A stretch of 64,000 nucleotides of DNA from Pseudomonadota bacterium (lineage in GTDB: Bacteria > Pseudomonadota > Alphaproteobacteria > Sphingomonadales > Sphingomonadaceae): assembly GCA_029550345.1 (NCBI GenBank), contig JAKPHK010000076.1, forward strand, positions 724-64,723, in the 5' to 3' direction. Below, piece after piece: positions 59,654-64,000 of this stretch (positions are counted from its first letter, which is position 1; each line of letters begins with the position of its first letter). Both the position numbers and the translations under genes were made by a program. Below the pieces are notes generated by a model that saw only the letters and a list, made by a program, of their open reading frames with translations, did no database searches and had not been told where the DNA came from.

Positions 59654-60003
59654 CCGGGCGGGCCGAGCGGGAGGCGCAGGGCAGAAAGGGCGAGGCGCTG
59701 GCGGCCTGGTATCTGCGCTTCAAGGGCTGGCGCATTCTGGCCAGGCGGGTCAAGACCCCGCGCGGAGAGATCGACCTTGTGGCGCGGCGCGGAAAAACCG
59801 TGATTTTTGTGGAGGTGAAATGGCGCAGGTCAGCTGCGGACCTTAACCAGGCGATCGACGAATACCGCCTGCGCCGGGTGGTCGCAGCAGCACAGGCCAC
59901 CGCGCACCGCTTTGCCGGGCCGCAGGACGAACAGCGGATCGACGTGCTGCTCCTTGCGCCGGGGCGTTTCCCACGCCACATGGCAAACGCCCTGATGCTG
60001 TGA
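59650..60003 (+). CDS. yraN: YraN family protein (UPF0102)
   Basis: G..GE..A..YL, GEIDLVA, FVEVK. Confidence 0.92.
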   Translation: MTGRAEREAQGRKGEALAAWYLRFKGWRILARRVKTPRGEIDLVARRGKTVIFVEVKWRRSAADLNQAIDEYRLRRVVAAAQATAHRFAGPQDEQRIDVLLLAPGRFPRHMANALML

Positions 60004-60019
60004 GTGGAGTCCGTTTCGC

Positions 60020-60979
60020 ATGACCCTTCGTGTTGCCGTCCAGATGGACCCGCTGGAAACGATCAACCTTGCCGGGGATTCGAGCTTTGCCCTGATCGAG
60101 GCTGCCCAGGCCCGCGGGCACGTCTGCTATCACTATGACGTAAAGACCCTGGCCTACGATTGCGGGCGGCTGACTGCATGGGCCGCGCCGGTGACGGTGC
60201 AGCGGGTGCCCGGCGATCATTTTTCGCGCGATGAGCATCGCCGGATCGATCTGGTCAAGGATGTGGACGTGGTGCTGATGCGGCAGGATCCGCCGTTCGA
60301 CCTGTCCTATATCACCGCGACCCACCTGCTTGAGCGGTTGGAAGGGCAGACGCTGGTGGTCAACGATCCCGCTAGCGTCCGCAATGCGCCGGAAAAGGTC
60401 TATGTGCTGGATTTTGCGCACTTCATGCCGCCCACGCTGATTGCCCGGCGGATCGAGGACGTGCGCGAATTTCACGCCCGCTATCCCGGCGATCTGGTGA
60501 TGAAACCGCTCCACGGCAACGGCGGCAAGGCGGTGGTGCGGATTCCGGCCGATGGATCGAATCTGGGCGCGCTGATCGAACTGTTCGACAACGCCTGGGT
60601 CGAACCGCACATGTTCCAGCCGTTCCTTCCCGAGATCAGCGAGGGCGACAAGCGCATCGTGCTGGTCGACGGCGAAGTCGCCGGCGCAATCAACCGCCGC
60701 CCCGGTGCGGGCGAGTTCCGCTCCAACCTGGCCGCTGGCGGCTATGCCGAACCCACCACGCTCAATGCGCGCGAAGAGGAAATCTGCGCAGCGCTCGGCC
60801 CGGCGCTGAAGGAACGCGGGCTGGTGTTCGTCGGGATCGACGTGATCGGCGGCAAGTACCTGACCGAGATCAACGTCACCTCGCCCACCGGCATCCAGGC
60901 GATCGACCGCTTCAACGGCACCGATACGCCCGCGTTGATCTGGGAAGCGATCGAGCGCCGCCACGCGGCGATCGGCTAA
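60020..60979 (+). CDS. gshB: Glutathione synthetase
   Basis: QMDP, MRQDPPFD, PEK, GDKR, RSNLAAGG, EINVTSPTG. Confidence 0.97.
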   Translation: MTLRVAVQMDPLETINLAGDSSFALIEAAQARGHVCYHYDVKTLAYDCGRLTAWAAPVTVQRVPGDHFSRDEHRRIDLVKDVDVVLMRQDPPFDLSYITATHLLERLEGQTLVVNDPASVRNAPEKVYVLDFAHFMPPTLIARRIEDVREFHARYPGDLVMKPLHGNGGKAVVRIPADGSNLGALIELFDNAWVEPHMFQPFLPEISEGDKRIVLVDGEVAGAINRRPGAGEFRSNLAAGGYAEPTTLNAREEEICAALGPALKERGLVFVGIDVIGGKYLTEINVTSPTGIQAIDRFNGTDTPALIWEAIERRHAAIG

Positions 60980-60991
60980 GGCCCGATCTTC

Positions 60992-61591
60992 ATGAACGAA
61001 CTGATCGTCAACCTGATCGAGCAGGGTGGCTATTGGGGCATTTTCGCCCTGATGGTGATCGAGAACGTGTTTCCCCCGATCCCCAGCGAACTGATCATGG
61101 GCATGGGCGGCGTCGCCGTGGCGCGTGGCACGATGAGCTTCTGGCCGCTCTTGCTGGTTGGTACGGTCGGATCGACTCTGGGCAACTACGTCTGGTTCCT
61201 GGCCGGTCACAAGCTCGGCTATCAGCGGCTGGAACCGCTGGTGACGCGCTGGGGCCGCTGGCTGACGCTGGAGTGGGAGGACGTCGAGAACGCCACCGCG
61301 TTCTTCCGCCGGCACGGGCAGTGGATTGTCTTTGCCCTGCGCTTCTCGCCGCTGCTGCGCACGATCATCTCGCTGCCGGCGGGCCTCACCCATATGTCGC
61401 AATGGCGGTTCCTGCTGTTCACCTTCGCCGGGGCGGCGATCTGGAACGCGGCGCTGATCGGCGGCGGGCAGTGGCTGGCGCACTACCTCAAGGAATATGG
61501 GGTGGTGATGGACTGGCTGATCGGCGGAACCATCGCCGTCGGAGTTCTGGCCTACGTCTGGCGCGTGATTACCTGGAAGCCGCGCGGTTAG
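60992..61591 (+). CDS. DedA family membrane protein
   Basis: ENVFPPIPSELIM, RFSPLLRTIISLPAG. Confidence 0.93.
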   Translation: MNELIVNLIEQGGYWGIFALMVIENVFPPIPSELIMGMGGVAVARGTMSFWPLLLVGTVGSTLGNYVWFLAGHKLGYQRLEPLVTRWGRWLTLEWEDVENATAFFRRHGQWIVFALRFSPLLRTIISLPAGLTHMSQWRFLLFTFAGAAIWNAALIGGGQWLAHYLKEYGVVMDWLIGGTIAVGVLAYVWRVITWKPRG

Positions 61592-62478
61592 CTTCTTGGA
61601 TGGGCGCTGCGGTAGACGTCCAGCAGCACGGCGGCATCGACCTTGGTGTAGATCTGCGTCGAGCCGAGGCTGGCATGGCCGAGTAGTTCCTGCAGGCTGC
61701 GCAGGTCCGCACCCGCGCCCAGCAGGTGGGTGGCGAAGGAATGGCGCAACGCGTGGGGCGTTGCCGTGGCCGGCAGGCCGAGCGAGGTGCGCGCGCGCGC
61801 CATCGCTTTCTGGACCATGCCCGGCGACAGAGGGCCGCCCTTGGCGCCGCGAAACAGCGCCGCTTGCCTGTCCATTGGCCAAGGGCATTTGGCCACGTAA
61901 TCCTCCACCCCGGCGCGGACCAGCGGGAGGAGCGGCACGGCGCGCTGTTTGGCGCCCTTGCCGGTGACGACCAGCACTTCACCCAGCGGCAGGGCGCCTC
62001 CGGTCAGCGACAGCGCCTCGGCGATCCGCAGCCCGGCGCCGTAGAGCAGCAGCAGCACCGCCCGGTCGCGCGCGCCGATCCATTCCTCGCTGGCGTCCTC
62101 TTCGACCATGGCGGCCAGGTTCACCGCCTCGTCAGGCGTGACCGGGCGCGGCAGACCCTTCTTGACGCGCGGCCCGCGCATTCGCGGCGGGGCGGGATCG
62201 GCCATGCCCGCCTGGCCGCGGGCAAAGGCGATGAAGCCCTTGAGCGCGGATAGCTCGCGTGCGGCGGAGACGTTGGTCAGCCCCTCCGCCCGCCGCCGCG
62301 CGAGCTGGGCGCGCAGGGCGGCAGCATCGAGCCGGGCGAGGGCGGGCCAGTCCACCTCGCCGATCGTGTCCAGCAGCCGCGCGGCCGTGGCCAGATAGGC
62401 CCGCACCGTATGCGGGCTGCGCCGCCGCCCTTCCGATAGATACGCCTGCCAGGCCTCCAGAATGTCCGCCCGCGTCAT
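61588..62478 (-). CDS. xerC: Tyrosine recombinase XerC
   Basis: SPHTVRAY, LYGAGLRIAE, GKGAKQR, TPHALRHSFATHLL, LLGHASLGSTQIYT. Confidence 0.9.
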   Translation of the reverse strand: MTRADILEAWQAYLSEGRRRSPHTVRAYLATAARLLDTIGEVDWPALARLDAAALRAQLARRRAEGLTNVSAARELSALKGFIAFARGQAGMADPAPPRMRGPRVKKGLPRPVTPDEAVNLAAMVEEDASEEWIGARDRAVLLLLYGAGLRIAEALSLTGGALPLGEVLVVTGKGAKQRAVPLLPLVRAGVEDYVAKCPWPMDRQAALFRGAKGGPLSPGMVQKAMARARTSLGLPATATPHALRHSFATHLLGAGADLRSLQELLGHASLGSTQIYTKVDAAVLLDVYRSAHPRS

Positions 62479-63626
62479 GCCTCGACCAGAGCGGCGGGGA
62501 CCAGTTCGCCCAGCAGGCCGTCGAGCAGCGGCATCCCGGCCTCGGTTACGCCGATCCGGTTGCCTTCACGCCAGACCAGCCCCTGCGCGGCGTAGAAGGC
62601 GAACTTGGCGGGGTCGCACAGCTCCGCCTCGGCAAAGCCGAAACGCGCGGCTATGGCGGCCAGATCGACGCCTTCGGCCAGCCGCAGACCCATCAGCATC
62701 GCCTCGCTCGCCTGCTCGGCGGCGCCCAGCGGCACTTCATCCTGCGTGCCATGGCCACGCTCGGAAACGGCGGCCAGCCAGTTTTCCGGCTTGCGGTGGC
62801 GGGTGGTGGCCTGGCCGAACCGGCGTCCGTGCGCGCCGGGGCCGATGCCGTGGTAGTCCTGATAGCGCCAGTAAGTCAGGTTGTGGCGGCTTTCCTCTCC
62901 CGGACGGGCGTGGTTGCTGATCTCGTAAGCCGGGAGCCCAGCCTCACGCGTCATCTGCCGGGTCAGGGCGAACAGGTCGGCGGCGGCATCCTCGTCCAGC
63001 GGCTGGAACTGGCCCTGCCGTACCATCGTCTCGAACCGGGTGCCGGGCTCGATGGTCAGTTGGTAGAGCGAGAGGTGCCCAGTGCCCATGCCCAGCGCGC
63101 GCGACAGCTGGGCGGACCATTGCTCCGGCGTCTGGCCGGGAAGAGCATAGATCAGGTCGAAACTGACGCGGGCGAAATGGCGCTGCGCCGTCTCCAGCGC
63201 CTCCAGCCCCTCGCGTGCATCGTGGAGGCGGCCAAGAAAGCGCAGCGGCTCGTCCTCCAGCGATTGCAGGCCGAGCGAGACGCGGTTGATCCCCGCGCCT
63301 GCCAGCTGGGCGAAGTTCGCCGCCTCGACCGAGGAGGGATTGGCTTCCAGCGTGATCTCGATGCTTTCGGCAAAGCCCCAGCGGCGCTCCGCCTCGTCAA
63401 GCAGCGCGCCGACGAGGGCCGGCGGCATCAGCGAAGGAGTGCCACCGCCGAAGAAAATCGAGGTCAGCGGCTGTGTCGGGCCGGCCCCGGCCTCCCGCGC
63501 CATGTCGGCCAGCAGCGCGCCGCGCCACAAGTCAACGTCGATCCCCGCGCGAACGTGGCTGTTGAAGTCGCAGTAGGGGCACTTCGCGAGGCAAAACGGC
63601 CAGTGGATGTAGAGCGCGCGGGACAT
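62475..63626 (-). CDS. hemW: Radical SAM heme chaperone HemW
   Basis: YIHWPFCLAKCPYCDFN, FGGGTPS, YEISN, HNLTYW. Confidence 0.93.
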   Translation of the reverse strand: MSRALYIHWPFCLAKCPYCDFNSHVRAGIDVDLWRGALLADMAREAGAGPTQPLTSIFFGGGTPSLMPPALVGALLDEAERRWGFAESIEITLEANPSSVEAANFAQLAGAGINRVSLGLQSLEDEPLRFLGRLHDAREGLEALETAQRHFARVSFDLIYALPGQTPEQWSAQLSRALGMGTGHLSLYQLTIEPGTRFETMVRQGQFQPLDEDAAADLFALTRQMTREAGLPAYEISNHARPGEESRHNLTYWRYQDYHGIGPGAHGRRFGQATTRHRKPENWLAAVSERGHGTQDEVPLGAAEQASEAMLMGLRLAEGVDLAAIAARFGFAEAELCDPAKFAFYAAQGLVWREGNRIGVTEAGMPLLDGLLGELVPAALVEA

Positions 63627-63651
63627 GGTGGTGGCTCTACCATCAATCGCA

Positions 63652-63673
63652 TCGTCATTGCGAGCGTAGCGGC
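63652..63673. repeat. Truncated REP-like fragment
   Basis: TCGTCATTGCGAGCGTAGCGGC resembles the start of CGTCATTGCGAGCG..GCAATC-type alphaproteobacterial repeats. Confidence 0.35.
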
Positions 63674-63702
63674 GCCGACGGACTTTGGTTTGACGGGTGG
63701 GG

Positions 63703-64000
63703 TCAAACCTGACCGAACTGTTCCGCGACCAGCTTGGCGAAGGCATCGGCGCGGTGGCTGATCGCGTGTTTCTCTTCCGGGTCGAACTCCGCGAAGGTCC
63801 GGGTGTCGCCCAGCGGCACGAAGGACGGATCATAGCCGAATCCCATCGTCCCGCGCGGCGGCCAGGTGAGGGTGCCGTTCGCGCGGCCTTCGTAGACCGC
63901 GCTTTCCCCGTCCGGCCAGGCGAGGGCAAGGACGCAGGCAAAGTGGCACGAACGGTCGGTGTCCGGCCCAAGCTCGCACAGCAAGCCTTCGACCTTGCCC
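63703..64000 (-). CDS. rdgB: Non-canonical purine NTP pyrophosphatase, 3' part (truncated by window end)
   Basis: GFGYDP.F, TFAE, K..ISHR motifs; rdgB-hemW synteny. Confidence 0.93.
   Translation of the reverse strand, partial: GKVEGLLCELGPDTDRSCHFACVLALAWPDGESAVYEGRANGTLTWPPRGTMGFGYDPSFVPLGDTRTFAEFDPEEKHAISHRADAFAKLVAEQFGQV

Noticed and set aside
61588-62478. Tyrosine recombinase as a prophage or island integrase
   Set aside because: Size, motifs and housekeeping context fit chromosomal XerC; no att repeats or phage genes seen.
1-64000. CRISPR array, rRNA, dif site or autonomous transposase
   Set aside because: No regularly spaced direct repeats, rRNA-like sequence, dif consensus or transposase motifs were seen.

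Overview
A GC-rich alphaproteobacterial chromosome segment. Gene content and synteny (tRNA-Val/cpdR/N-formylglutamate amidohydrolase, glyQS-ppdK, trpFBA-accD-folC, paired TraB/GumN and DUF4139 genes) point to Sphingomonadales, probably Novosphingobium/Erythrobacteraceae-like; this assignment is inferred. It is mostly core genome (about 62 CDS, one tRNA-Val(GAC)), with no prophage, transposase, CRISPR or rRNA visible. The interesting signals are small-scale. (1) glyS carries three independent in-frame inserts: two different palindromic REP/RPE-type elements and a ~280-bp low-GC (~49%, hand count) cassette in the C-terminal region. (2) Three tandem paralogous secreted two-cysteine proteins sit between rplY and pth. 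(3) There are two ncRNA candidates: an alpha-r8/suhB(MmgR/GsrN)-like sRNA and an unrecognised ~200-nt multi-stem RNA between comF and hisI. (4) A 267-bp TA-duplicating MITE sits in a DUF4139 stop codon. (5) A 16-bp TTAA-N8-TTAA palindrome is shared by the crotonase and MoxR promoters. (6) A DUF4139 protein contains a TonB-box-like motif followed by poly-Pro. All calls were made by eye from the sequence and ORF track; no database searches were run.
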